In this document: positions 46,868-55,592 of the stretch, in pieces
Numbering within the stretch: position 1 is the first letter of the stretch
How the letters are laid out: every line of letters starts with the position of its first letter
Assembly: GCA_015486895.1 (NCBI GenBank)
Contig: WFQT01000217.1
Coordinates: 1 to 59,994, forward strand
From: Anaerolineae bacterium
Lineage (GTDB): Bacteria > Chloroflexota > Anaerolineae > JAADDB01
Length of the DNA: 59,994 nt
Direction of reading: 5' to 3'
Position numbers and translations under genes: made by a program
Notes under the pieces: model-generated
Databases searched by the model: none
Told to the model about the DNA's origin: nothing
What the model saw: only the letters and a program-made list of their open reading frames with translations

Positions 46868-47343
46868 TTTGCCTCCAGCAAGGTAGCCACGGCTTCTGGT
46901 GTCAGGTGACCGTGGATTTCCTGGTTAACCAGCGCCATGGGTGCTTGGTCGCAATAGCCTAAGCAAGGATGTACCTCCAGGGTGTACTTGCCGTCAGGCG
47001 TTGTTTCGCCGGGTCCGATGCCTAACCACTTTTTGAACTCCGCCAGCACTTCCTCACTGCCGGCTAAGTAGCAGGCAATATCGTCACACACGCGGATGAT
47101 CGTTCGACCAACCGGCTCTTTGTAGAGGAGGGCGTAATAATCAATGACACCATAAATGTCGGCGATGGGAATGTTCAGTCGTTGGCCAACCAGTTGGCAA
47201 AGCTCCGGGGTCAGCCAGCCGTTGATCTGTTGCAAATCTTGCAAACAAGGGAGCAATCCGGCCCGGCCTTTGCCTTCGTGACGAGTTAGCACTGCTTCCA
47301 CAGCAGGGTAATCGTAGACCAGATCGCCATCTTGTTGATTCAT
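46864..47343 (-). CDS. NuoE-like thioredoxin-fold 2Fe-2S subunit.
   Basis: Size and motifs (VCDDIAC...HPCLGYCDQAP). 'aaggag' SD. 4-nt overlap with the nuoF-like gene. Confidence 0.88.
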   Translation of the reverse strand: MNQQDGDLVYDYPAVEAVLTRHEGKGRAGLLPCLQDLQQINGWLTPELCQLVGQRLNIPIADIYGVIDYYALLYKEPVGRTIIRVCDDIACYLAGSEEVLAEFKKWLGIGPGETTPDGKYTLEVHPCLGYCDQAPMALVNQEIHGHLTPEAVATLLEAK

Positions 47344-47360
47344 ACTGTCTCCTTACTGGG

Positions 47361-47402
47361 GGGCTGGCGAAAATGACGTTTTAGGCTCAACCTAACTATC
47401 TC
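47361..47402 (+). repeat. Family 2 repeat, copy G (left module only).
   Basis: 'ggctggcgaaaatgacgttttaggctcaacctaactatc' matches the left ends of 12057 and 39137 and the reverse complement of 7905. Confidence 0.8.
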
Positions 47403-47408
47403 TTTTGT

Positions 47409-47445
47409 TTAGAAGTTCAACTTCTCGTAGAAGTTGAACTTCTAA
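47409..47445. promoter_or_regulatory. Twin 15-bp palindromes, AGAAGTTcAACTTCT and AGAAGTTgAACTTCT. Together they also form a perfect 17-bp hairpin.
   Basis: The palindromes are at 47411-47425 and 47429-47443, with centres 18 bp apart. They lie 66-102 nt upstream of the nuoE-like ATG and 36 nt past the TPR gene stop. Confidence 0.45.
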
Positions 47446-47480
47446 CGGACGCTCACTAACTCGGCATTGACTGGCACTTG

Positions 47481-48305
47481 TTAACGGCGCCAGGAGAGCA
47501 ATCGTAAGCGGAGGCGTGCTGCCTCCGCGTGGGGGCCGGTTGGGGCTACCGCCAAGTAATGTCGGTAAGTGTCCAAAGCGTCATGCCACCAGCCGGCACC
47601 TTCATAGGCTTGAGATATATTCCAGAGAAGAGTAACATTATTGGGGGCGGCTGTCAAACCGTACTGATAGGCGGCGATGGCATCCTCATACTGGTGGTAG
47701 GCTGCGTAGATGCGGCCGGCTTGCAATCCCGCCGCGGCTATTTTCCCGCCGTTAAGGAAAACCTTCCTGTATGCTTGCAAGGCTTCATCATTAGCCCCTC
47801 TCTGTTGATAGGCTTGGCCTAAAATGTACCAGCTCCAACACTGGCGGCGATCCAAAGCGACTGCTTTCTGGGCCGCAGCGCGACCAACCTCATAATCTCG
47901 CTGCTTGTAGAGGATGAAAGCATACTCATTCCAGCCATTGGCCCATGCCGGAGCTATAGCCACCGCTTGTCTGGCATAGGTCAACGCCATGGTCAAGTCT
48001 CCTCTCGCCCGGGCTGCCATAGCAAATTCCAGCGCGATATGGGCCGCTGGTTTGCCGCGCTGCTGAGCTACTGCCTGATGAAAATACAATTCCGCTGCTG
48101 CTAAGTTATCTTCCTTTAATGCCGCCCGCCCGGCGATGAGAGCTTGCTTGCTTCTATCCGGCGCGTATATCCCTCGAAAAGGCGCTGCCACTGACCAGGG
48201 AGTTGGCATAGGCCGCGGCGGCGTTGCCCAACTGCAAGCGGCAACAGATACCAACAGTGAAGCCAGGGCAAGAAACAGAATTTTGCGTTGCCACTTCACG
48301 CCCAT
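47481..48305 (-). CDS. TPR-repeat lipoprotein.
   Basis: Lipobox SVAAC, followed by repeated A..Y....G.....A...Y..A TPR units. Confidence 0.75.
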   Translation of the reverse strand: MGVKWQRKILFLALASLLVSVAACSWATPPRPMPTPWSVAAPFRGIYAPDRSKQALIAGRAALKEDNLAAAELYFHQAVAQQRGKPAAHIALEFAMAARARGDLTMALTYARQAVAIAPAWANGWNEYAFILYKQRDYEVGRAAAQKAVALDRRQCWSWYILGQAYQQRGANDEALQAYRKVFLNGGKIAAAGLQAGRIYAAYHQYEDAIAAYQYGLTAAPNNVTLLWNISQAYEGAGWWHDALDTYRHYLAVAPTGPHAEAARLRLRLLSWRR

Positions 48306-50680
48306 CGGAGTTCCACCTCGGCAGCGCCATCCACGGTTAAGGAAACGGCATAGACGTGTTCGGAGACTGATTCAACTGGCAAAGTATCGCCGCTCTGGGT
48401 TGCTCGCAGCCGACAGCCCGATGGACAGGAAATGATGAGAGCGCCCGCTGCCTGTCGGCCCAAAGAGATATGGGCAAGGATACCGCCGGCAAAGCGTTTC
48501 CAGCCATCTACTTCGCCGCCCATGCTCAGGTGAAAGGTGGTGGCCAGCAATTGCGGTTCCGGAGCCAGCGGCTGGATGGCGAAAAGACGGGCGCTATGAG
48601 GCGGCAAATCGCTCAAAATTACATAGCCATCTGTCACCTGATAATAGCGGCCGCTCCAAAACTCAAACAGGTGATAGGGTTGCTGCCAGTCTAACCCTAA
48701 TGGCCCCAACTCCAAAGTATGCGTACGCTTTTCATCATCCCAGTTTAACAAGGCTAATCTGTGCCCTTCTCCCCAGGGCCGGCGCAGATGCAAAGCATAG
48801 AGATTCGGTTTCGCCGTCTGCATCAATTCTAACGGCACCGCCCCTTCCTGCAATGGCGGTAACAACGCTGCCAGCCAGGCTTGCTCGCGTTCACTCATTT
48901 GGCTCAGGTCATCACTATCGATGACCAGCCCGCCGGAAAGCCCAACCACAGTGAGCAGGGTGCGCATCTCTTCATCCGTCAAGGAAGAATGGCGACGGCG
49001 CAAGATAAGAGTAGCCGGATCGTTCAGCCACAACCGGCGATGGTAGACGCTTCGGGCCACAGCATTGCGCAGGGCGTTGCGAAGGGATGGCATTTCCCAC
49101 TCGCGGCGGAAAGGGAAAGCTAACCCATACCGCCGTGGTAACCAATGTGGAGCCACGTCTGGCCCTACTCGGACGGCGTCGAAGACGCCGACAGCACTGC
49201 CTAAAGGCACACTGCAACCCAAGAGAAACGTCTCCTCCCCGGCTGCTTCCCGCAGTAGGTGATAAGCTTGGTATGCTATTTGGGCGCGAGAAAGTCCTGA
49301 CCGGCAATGCTTTCCCGGCAGCGCTGCCGCATAGAGGTTGTCCAATTTTAGAAAGCGATAGCCCCAAGAGACAGCTTGCCGGATAATCTTTTGAGTCCAC
49401 GCTTGCACATCCGGGTTAGTTACGTCCAAGGCATGGGCGGAATGCCCATGGGCAGCGCTAACATTTACCGGCTTTCCGTCCGGGCGACGCAAAATCCAAT
49501 CCGGGTGTGTCCGTACCAGACTGGCATGAGGAGCGATAGTGAACGGTGCTAACCACAGGCCCGGCATCTTGTCAACAGCCTGGATTTGTTCTGCTAACCA
49601 GGCCAAGCCATGGGAAAATCCATTATTGGCCCGCCAATTCCCTTCGTTCCCCTGGTAGTCCTCATCAATCTGCACTAAATCTAACGGAGCTTTTGTAGCT
49701 AACTGAACCACGGCATCTAAGTTGCGCAAGATTTCACTCTCGCGCCTGCCTCGATCCTGCCTTCGCTCGCTGCTCCAGCCCACGGGCACAGATCTCGTCA
49801 AAGAGCGAGCTTCGCCGAACTGGCCGGCCAGTTCGGCGTACGTTTGCAACGGCTCACGCCGTGCCCCTCCGTAGACTTCCAGATACGCTGGCTCGCTTTG
49901 CCAAGTTGCCCCTGGAGGGATCAATGTATTGTCGCCAAGAATGCGCAAAGCCATATCCGGGGGTCTATCTGGCCGGCGGCGTATCTCTACCACGCCGAAG
50001 TGCTGGTGCTGCCGCAGAAAGCCAGCGATGAGCGTAGCCGCCGGATTCGTGCGGCTGCTCAAAACCGCGACCCCATGAGAGATAAAGTGACCATGAGCGG
50101 TAGGGTAATCAACACCACCAGCGAAAGCCGAGTGGTTGAAACGCGTCCAGCGAGAGTGAGGCTGTCGTTGAAATTCGGCGACGCTGCCGCTAAAGCTCCA
50201 CGACTGCCAACCTTCAATATAAGCGTTCCACAGATGCTTCAACCCGGGCAAGGCTAAGTCGCCGGAGGGATACCGCACTTCCCACGGCACAGCTTCTCGT
50301 AGAGTTAGCGCTTTCTTCCCCAAATTAGTCAGTGTCATCGTCAAAATCAGATAAGGTCGGCCGGCACAGAGAGTGGCCTGCCAGCAAAAATGCACTGCCG
50401 GTACATCAACCTGATAACAAAGACTCAGACGTCGGCCTTCACAAACTAAGGGCCCTTCCCCTATGACGTCAGTTTCCTCTACTGAAGCGGGTGCCAGGGC
50501 ACTGCTTTCAAGATTATAGAAGTGCTTACCGTCGTGCAGTCGCAGCCGGAAGATGCACCCCACAGCACGAGCATTCTCTGGCCAACTTATATCAAATCGT
50601 CCCTCATGCCAGAGCACGCTGGGCAATTGACCCAAAGGATGTGAATGTCGTATGACGTGATGGTTAATAGCTCTTATCAC
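48296..50680 (-). CDS. Glycoside hydrolase, clan GH-D (GH36-like alpha-galactosidase family).
   Basis: VQIDEDYQ...GLWLAPF...HPDWILR...YRFLKLDN (nucleophile motif) and LGCSVPLG...RVGPDV. The only plausible start is GTG 50680, which overlaps the upstream stop by 17 nt. The listed start at 50812 lies inside the M20 gene. Confidence 0.7.
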   Translation of the reverse strand: MIRAINHHVIRHSHPLGQLPSVLWHEGRFDISWPENARAVGCIFRLRLHDGKHFYNLESSALAPASVEETDVIGEGPLVCEGRRLSLCYQVDVPAVHFCWQATLCAGRPYLILTMTLTNLGKKALTLREAVPWEVRYPSGDLALPGLKHLWNAYIEGWQSWSFSGSVAEFQRQPHSRWTRFNHSAFAGGVDYPTAHGHFISHGVAVLSSRTNPAATLIAGFLRQHQHFGVVEIRRRPDRPPDMALRILGDNTLIPPGATWQSEPAYLEVYGGARREPLQTYAELAGQFGEARSLTRSVPVGWSSERRQDRGRRESEILRNLDAVVQLATKAPLDLVQIDEDYQGNEGNWRANNGFSHGLAWLAEQIQAVDKMPGLWLAPFTIAPHASLVRTHPDWILRRPDGKPVNVSAAHGHSAHALDVTNPDVQAWTQKIIRQAVSWGYRFLKLDNLYAAALPGKHCRSGLSRAQIAYQAYHLLREAAGEETFLLGCSVPLGSAVGVFDAVRVGPDVAPHWLPRRYGLAFPFRREWEMPSLRNALRNAVARSVYHRRLWLNDPATLILRRRHSSLTDEEMRTLLTVVGLSGGLVIDSDDLSQMSEREQAWLAALLPPLQEGAVPLELMQTAKPNLYALHLRRPWGEGHRLALLNWDDEKRTHTLELGPLGLDWQQPYHLFEFWSGRYYQVTDGYVILSDLPPHSARLFAIQPLAPEPQLLATTFHLSMGGEVDGWKRFAGGILAHISLGRQAAGALIISCPSGCRLRATQSGDTLPVESVSEHVYAVSLTVDGAAEVELRWA

Positions 50681-51875
50681 CTTTCTTGTATGTCTGCAGC
50701 CAGTGGAGAGCGGCCTGGGCCATGATGGCAGTGCCGATAGGTAATGCTCGTTCGTTAATGTTGAAAGTGGGCGTATGCGCGTTTCCAAAGGGCTCACCGT
50801 CGCTGGCGGCACCTAAATTGTAAAATGCCGCCGGTACCACCCGAGCGTAGAAGCTGAAATCCTCGGCACCCATCGCTGGCCCCGATTCCTGTATGGTGTC
50901 CGGCCCCAGCAGTTCTGTGATGGTCCGCTGTAGAAAAGCGGTGGCAGCCGGATTATTAATGTTTGGTGGATATCCCTCCCGAATGTTTAACGCGAATTTG
51001 CCACCTAACGTTTCCACAACGGAAAGGGCTTGGCGCAGGCCATTGTGAAGCTGTGTCCGCACTTCTGGCGACAAGGCCCGAATGGTTCCAGCAATTTCCA
51101 CATTGTTGGGTATCACGTTAGTAGCAGTGCCTGCGTTTATCATGGTTACACTAATGACGCCGCTTTCCCGGGGATCAATCTGCCGGGCGACAAAACTCTG
51201 AATAGCCATGATAGCCTGGGCAGTCAAGACCACCGGATCGAGGCCAGTGTGGGGGTAAGCAGCGTGGCATCCCCGGCCAGTAATGGTGGCATAGAAAGCG
51301 TCGCTGGAGGCAGAAACACTGCCGGCAGTTAAATTGATGTAACCCACTGCCATATTATTACGCACGTGCTGACCGAAAATGACATCTACGCTATCTAAAA
51401 CACCCTCTTCGACCATACGCCGCCCGCCGCTTTTACCCTCGTCATCGGATGATTCTTCCGACGGCTGGAAGAGAAAACGTACTTCGCCAGGGATATTGCC
51501 CGCTGCCGCTTCCTCCGCCAACAGCCGGGCCGTGCCTAACAGCATGGCTGTGTGAGCATCATGGCCACAAGCGTGCATAACGCCATCCACAGTGGAACGG
51601 TAAGGTACATCATTGGCCTCGGTGATTGGTAGGGCATCCATGTCCGCCCGCAGCGCTACCACCGGGCCATCTGGCGCACCAATGAGCCGGCCAACCACGC
51701 CGGTTTTCGCTACCTTCGTTTGCACACGAATCCCCATGGTTTGCAACATCTCGGCAACGAGTGCTGATGTACGCCTCTCTTGAAAGCTAAGTTCTGGGTG
51801 CGCGTGGATATCGCGGCGGATGGCTACCAGGTCATCCGCTATTGCCTGCGCCCGCTGCAACATTGAATCGCTCAT
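50664..51875 (-). CDS. M20 family amidohydrolase (paralogue of 40051-41247, ~50% identity by eye).
   Basis: IHAHPELSFQE...DMDALP...GVMHACGHDAH...FQPSEES. Confidence 0.88.
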   Translation of the reverse strand: MSDSMLQRAQAIADDLVAIRRDIHAHPELSFQERRTSALVAEMLQTMGIRVQTKVAKTGVVGRLIGAPDGPVVALRADMDALPITEANDVPYRSTVDGVMHACGHDAHTAMLLGTARLLAEEAAAGNIPGEVRFLFQPSEESSDDEGKSGGRRMVEEGVLDSVDVIFGQHVRNNMAVGYINLTAGSVSASSDAFYATITGRGCHAAYPHTGLDPVVLTAQAIMAIQSFVARQIDPRESGVISVTMINAGTATNVIPNNVEIAGTIRALSPEVRTQLHNGLRQALSVVETLGGKFALNIREGYPPNINNPAATAFLQRTITELLGPDTIQESGPAMGAEDFSFYARVVPAAFYNLGAASDGEPFGNAHTPTFNINERALPIGTAIMAQAALHWLQTYKKGDKSY

Positions 51876-52059
51876 TTTGAAACTTCTCCCCTTTGTCAGG
51901 ATAGCTTTTGCGGGGGCATTGTAGCAAAAAAGTCCTTAACGGCCAACTTGGAACTGTTTTCTGGCTTAACTCTGATTGTGCTATACTACGAGGCAACCGC
52001 AGCAGAGGACAGTCCATCACTGCTGCCGGAGAATTGCATCTATTTTATGGGAGGATGAT

Positions 52060-52509
52060 GTGGAACGCACATTCATCATGATTAAGCCAGATGGCGTGCA
52101 ACGCGGTCTGGTGGGGGAAATCATTAGTCGTTTAGAGAAACGAGGGTTGCGCTTAGTAGGAATGAAAATGATGCACCTGAGCCGGGAATTTGCTACCAAG
52201 CACTACGCTGTGCATAAGGGGAAACCCTTTTTTGCCGGCCTGCTGGATTATATCACCAGAGGGCCGGTAGTGGCGATGGTTTGGGAAGGTACGAACGCTA
52301 TCGAGATTGCCCGCCGTACCATGGGGGCAACCAATCCTGCTGACGCGGAGCCGGGTACAATTCGCGCTGACTATGCTTTAGAAATCGGCCGCAACCTGAT
52401 CCATGGCTCTGACGGAGCAGAAACAGCGGCTACCGAGATTGCTCTCTGGTTCTCCGAGGAGGAGATCCTCAGCTACGAGCGCAGCATCGACCCTTGGATT
52501 TACGAATAA
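52060..52509 (+). CDS. ndk: Nucleoside-diphosphate kinase.
   Basis: [23 protein letters not shown]...[10 protein letters not shown] 52060 is 4-5 nt after a 'gggagga' SD. The listed ORF start at 51976 is unlikely. Confidence 0.93.
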   Translation: MERTFIMIKPDGVQRGLVGEIISRLEKRGLRLVGMKMMHLSREFATKHYAVHKGKPFFAGLLDYITRGPVVAMVWEGTNAIEIARRTMGATNPADAEPGTIRADYALEIGRNLIHGSDGAETAATEIALWFSEEEILSYERSIDPWIYE

Positions 52510-52572
52510 GCAGGGAATTTGGCAGCCACGGGTGCGTTATTCTCGTGGCTGTTGGACATGGAGGCAAGAGAA

Positions 52573-53202
52573 ATGACAATCTACGATGTGACCATGACCC
52601 TTGAAGCCGGAATGCCGGTCTGGCCCGGTGACCCAGAAGTGGAAGTGAAATTGCTTAGCTTAGTGGCTGCCGGCGATAAGGCTACTGTGCGGCAGTTGAA
52701 ATTGACCACCCACACCGGCACTCATGTGGATGCCCCAGCGCACTTCCTCGCCGACGGTAAAACGGTGGACCAGATTCCACTGAGCGCTTGCCTCGGCCGG
52801 GCAACAGTAGTAAATATGATGGACACAGAGGTCATCACTGCCAATGATTTGGAAAACAGCGTGACACCCCGGGCGGGGATGCGGCTGTTGTTGCGCACAA
52901 AAGCCCACAATTCCACAGGCCAGACTCCCAAGGCATACATGGACTTCGTTCCGCTTTCCTTAGCTGCCGCGAATTGGCTGGTGGAAAACGAAGTATCCCT
53001 GGTGGGTGTGGATGGGCCCTCAGTGGAAGCCCTCACCGGCAATGGAGACGTCCATCGTCGGCTCTTGAGCGCCGGCATTGTCATCATAGAAAACTTGCAG
53101 TTGGAAGATGCACGACCAGGGGAATTCGATTTGATATGCCTGCCGCTAAAGATTGCGGATGGCGACGGCGCGCCGGCCCGGGTGCTCCTGCGATCGCATT
53201 AA
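52573..53202 (+). CDS. Cyclase family protein / arylformamidase-like.
   Basis: HTGTHVDAPAHF (HxGTHxDxPxH) motif. ATG 52573 with a 'ggagg' SD. Confidence 0.8.
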   Translation: MTIYDVTMTLEAGMPVWPGDPEVEVKLLSLVAAGDKATVRQLKLTTHTGTHVDAPAHFLADGKTVDQIPLSACLGRATVVNMMDTEVITANDLENSVTPRAGMRLLLRTKAHNSTGQTPKAYMDFVPLSLAAANWLVENEVSLVGVDGPSVEALTGNGDVHRRLLSAGIVIIENLQLEDARPGEFDLICLPLKIADGDGAPARVLLRSH

Positions 53203-53384
53203 GTAAATGGCTTGCCAGCCATAGGCCATCTCTACTCCCCAGCGTGACCAGCATGCCTCCAATCCCTGGCGGGAGAGGGCCAAACCCCTCCCAACTTTGG
53301 GGGCGGCAGCTAAGCTAAAGGTAGTAATAACGGGAATCACAGATTCCACCGACGGGCAGTAGTTTCTGGAAAGGAGAGTTCTGT

Positions 53385-54890
53385 TTGACATTTCAACGCA
53401 CGAGCGGTTTAGTTTTGCATCCGACATCTCTGCCGGGGCAGATTGGCATCGGCGACTTAGGAACCGAGGTATATCGGTTTTTAGATTTCATGGTTGTGGC
53501 CAAGCAAGGAATCTGGCAGGTCTTGCCCCTGGGCCCCACCGGCTATGGGGATTCGCCTTATCAATCATTTTCCGCCTTTGCGGGCAATCCATTGTTGATT
53601 AACCTGGAGCAGTTGGTAGAGGAGGAATTTTTACCGGCGAACGCTTTGGACGGGGCACCGGTTTTCCCACCAGAGCGGGTGGACTATGGTGCTGTCATTA
53701 ACTACAAGCTACCTTTACTCAAGGGAGCGTATGATTATTTTTCGGTCCATGCGGACGCGATAAAGAAGGAGGCTTTTGACCGTTTTGCCTGGGAAAGCGG
53801 CAGTTGGCTGCATGATTTCGCCCTTTTCATGGCCCTCAAAGATGCCCACGGTGGGGCGCCGTGGTATCAATGGCCAGATGAAATTAAGAACCGGCAACCG
53901 GAGGCCATTGCCTCATGGGAAAACCAACTGCACCGGCAAATCCTAAGCCACAAATTCATCCAATATCTTTTCTTCCGCCAGTGGCAGGCCGTCAAGCAGT
54001 ATGCCAACGAGCGCGGCGTGCGCATCATGGGAGATATTCCCATTTTCGTCGCTTACGATAGCTGCGATATCTGGGCACACCGGGACATCTTCTACTTGGA
54101 CGAAACCGGCTGGCCGACTGTCGTCTCCGGGGTGCCACCGGATATTTATAGCACCACCGGCCAGCTTTGGGGCAACCCAATTTACCGGTGGGATGTATTA
54201 GCCGAGCGAGGCTATCAGTGGTGGATAGAACGCTTCCAGGCCACTTTGCGTATGGTTGACATCGTCCGTTTAGACCACTTCCGAGGTTTTGAAGCTTACT
54301 GGGAAGTGCCCGGCGGAGAGAAAACAGCGGTAAAAGGACGCTGGGTCAAAGGCCCCGGTGTCCATTTCTTCGACGCCCTGCGCTCCGCCTTAGGGGCTAT
54401 CCCAATCGTCGTCGAAGATCTGGGCTTCATCACGCCGGAGGTCGATGCCTTGCGGGAACGATTCAGCTTCCCCGGCATGAAGGTATTGCAGTTCGCTTTC
54501 GGCGGCGACCCGGAGAACCCTTATCTACCACATAATTACCCGCGCAATTGTGTGGTCTACACCAGCACTCATGATAGTGATACAGCCCGCGGTTGGTTTC
54601 AAGATCGAGCCACCCCGGAGGAGCAGGAGTATGCCATCAAATATATCGGCTCAAGCGGTGCGGACTTCGCCTGGGACTTCATACGCTTAGCTTACCGCTC
54701 AGTGGCCGACATTGCTATGGTCAACTTGCAAGATGTCTTTCGCCTGGGCAATGAAGGGCGGATGAACTTACCCGGCAGCCTGGGCGGGAATTGGAGTTGG
54801 CGTTTTCAAAAAGGAGATTTACGGCCGGTGTATGCCGAGCAATTAGCCGAAATGGTATATCTCTTTGGCCGGGAGGGAAAGACAGAATGA
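53385..54890 (+). CDS. malQ: 4-alpha-glucanotransferase (amylomaltase, GH77).
   Basis: RTSGLVLHPTSLPG..GIGDLG, YQSFSAFAGNPLLI, VRLDHFRGF, VVEDLG, YTSTHDSDT. TTG start 6 nt after an 'aaggagag' SD. Confidence 0.93.
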   Translation: MTFQRTSGLVLHPTSLPGQIGIGDLGTEVYRFLDFMVVAKQGIWQVLPLGPTGYGDSPYQSFSAFAGNPLLINLEQLVEEEFLPANALDGAPVFPPERVDYGAVINYKLPLLKGAYDYFSVHADAIKKEAFDRFAWESGSWLHDFALFMALKDAHGGAPWYQWPDEIKNRQPEAIASWENQLHRQILSHKFIQYLFFRQWQAVKQYANERGVRIMGDIPIFVAYDSCDIWAHRDIFYLDETGWPTVVSGVPPDIYSTTGQLWGNPIYRWDVLAERGYQWWIERFQATLRMVDIVRLDHFRGFEAYWEVPGGEKTAVKGRWVKGPGVHFFDALRSALGAIPIVVEDLGFITPEVDALRERFSFPGMKVLQFAFGGDPENPYLPHNYPRNCVVYTSTHDSDTARGWFQDRATPEEQEYAIKYIGSSGADFAWDFIRLAYRSVADIAMVNLQDVFRLGNEGRMNLPGSLGGNWSWRFQKGDLRPVYAEQLAEMVYLFGREGKTE

Positions 54891-55297
54891 GAATGTTAGG
54901 CTGGTTAGCATATCATTTTCAGTGGGAACCAGGCGTGCAGAGCGTCGAAGAGGTGCCCGAGCAGGAACTAAGCGGCGACGTGTCCGACTTGCTCCTGGTT
55001 TTTATCCACGTGGAAGAAAAGGACACGGAAGATCGCAGCCATGTTTTCCGCAAGACACTAAAGCAGATTAAGTGGCAAGTGAACAAAGTGGGTTATAAGA
55101 ATATCGTCTTACACTCTTTTGCTCACTTAGGTGGCCAAAGTGCCTCCTTCGACTTTGCCTGGTCTTTCCTGAATGACTTGGCCGAACGGCTGCGCAATAC
55201 CGGTTACCAGGTCTTAATTACACCGTACGGCTATACCAGCGAATGGCACTTGCACGTGCGCCCAGATTCAGTTGCCCGGGTATGGAAAGACTTTTAA
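54887..55297 (+). CDS. Free-standing protein resembling the archaeal threonyl-tRNA synthetase editing domain (tRNA-Thr_ED, DTD-like fold).
   Basis: MRML..., LLLVFIHVEEKDTED, NIVLHSFAHLGG.SAS, GYQVLITPYGY. This parallels, from memory, the Pyrococcus ThrRS N-terminal editing domain (MRVLLIH...VLVAFISVEK.DE...VFVYPFAHLSS...GF.V..APFGY). ATGA overlap with the malQ stop. Confidence 0.45.
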   Translation: MRMLGWLAYHFQWEPGVQSVEEVPEQELSGDVSDLLLVFIHVEEKDTEDRSHVFRKTLKQIKWQVNKVGYKNIVLHSFAHLGGQSASFDFAWSFLNDLAERLRNTGYQVLITPYGYTSEWHLHVRPDSVARVWKDF

Positions 55298-55592
55298 CCC
55301 TGGATATTCATGCCAGAACGGCGGAATTTTTGTGCAGCGCATCAGGACAATGAACTACAGGTTTTGGAGGACGAAGGAAGACCCCATTGGAAATAGGACA
55401 CAGATGAACGCTGATCTCATTTTCATCCGCCGTGGCGCGCCACAGGCCCATGGCAACTCTACTGAAAATGGCTATTCAGGTAACTCAGGGAATGTCCCCA
55501 AACAATGTGGGGAAACATCTTTCACTTTGAATTGCTCCCTGCTATCCTGACAACATATCCAGGCGATAAACCTACGGCGGAGGAATCTGCTG

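Noticed and set aside
47409-47445. An intrinsic terminator for the TPR/GH36 transcription unit.
   Set aside because: The stem is perfect, but neither strand has a following U tract. It is kept instead as a candidate operator or structural element; see the findings.
48296-50812. N-terminally extended ORF-track starts: 50812 for the GH36-like gene, 23901 for DUF4349, 51976 for ndk, 32642 for glyA, 42033 for the VOC gene and 17120 for jag.
   Set aside because: The extensions overlap upstream genes or lack an SD sequence. Internal starts with good SD sequences and family-typical N-termini are available.
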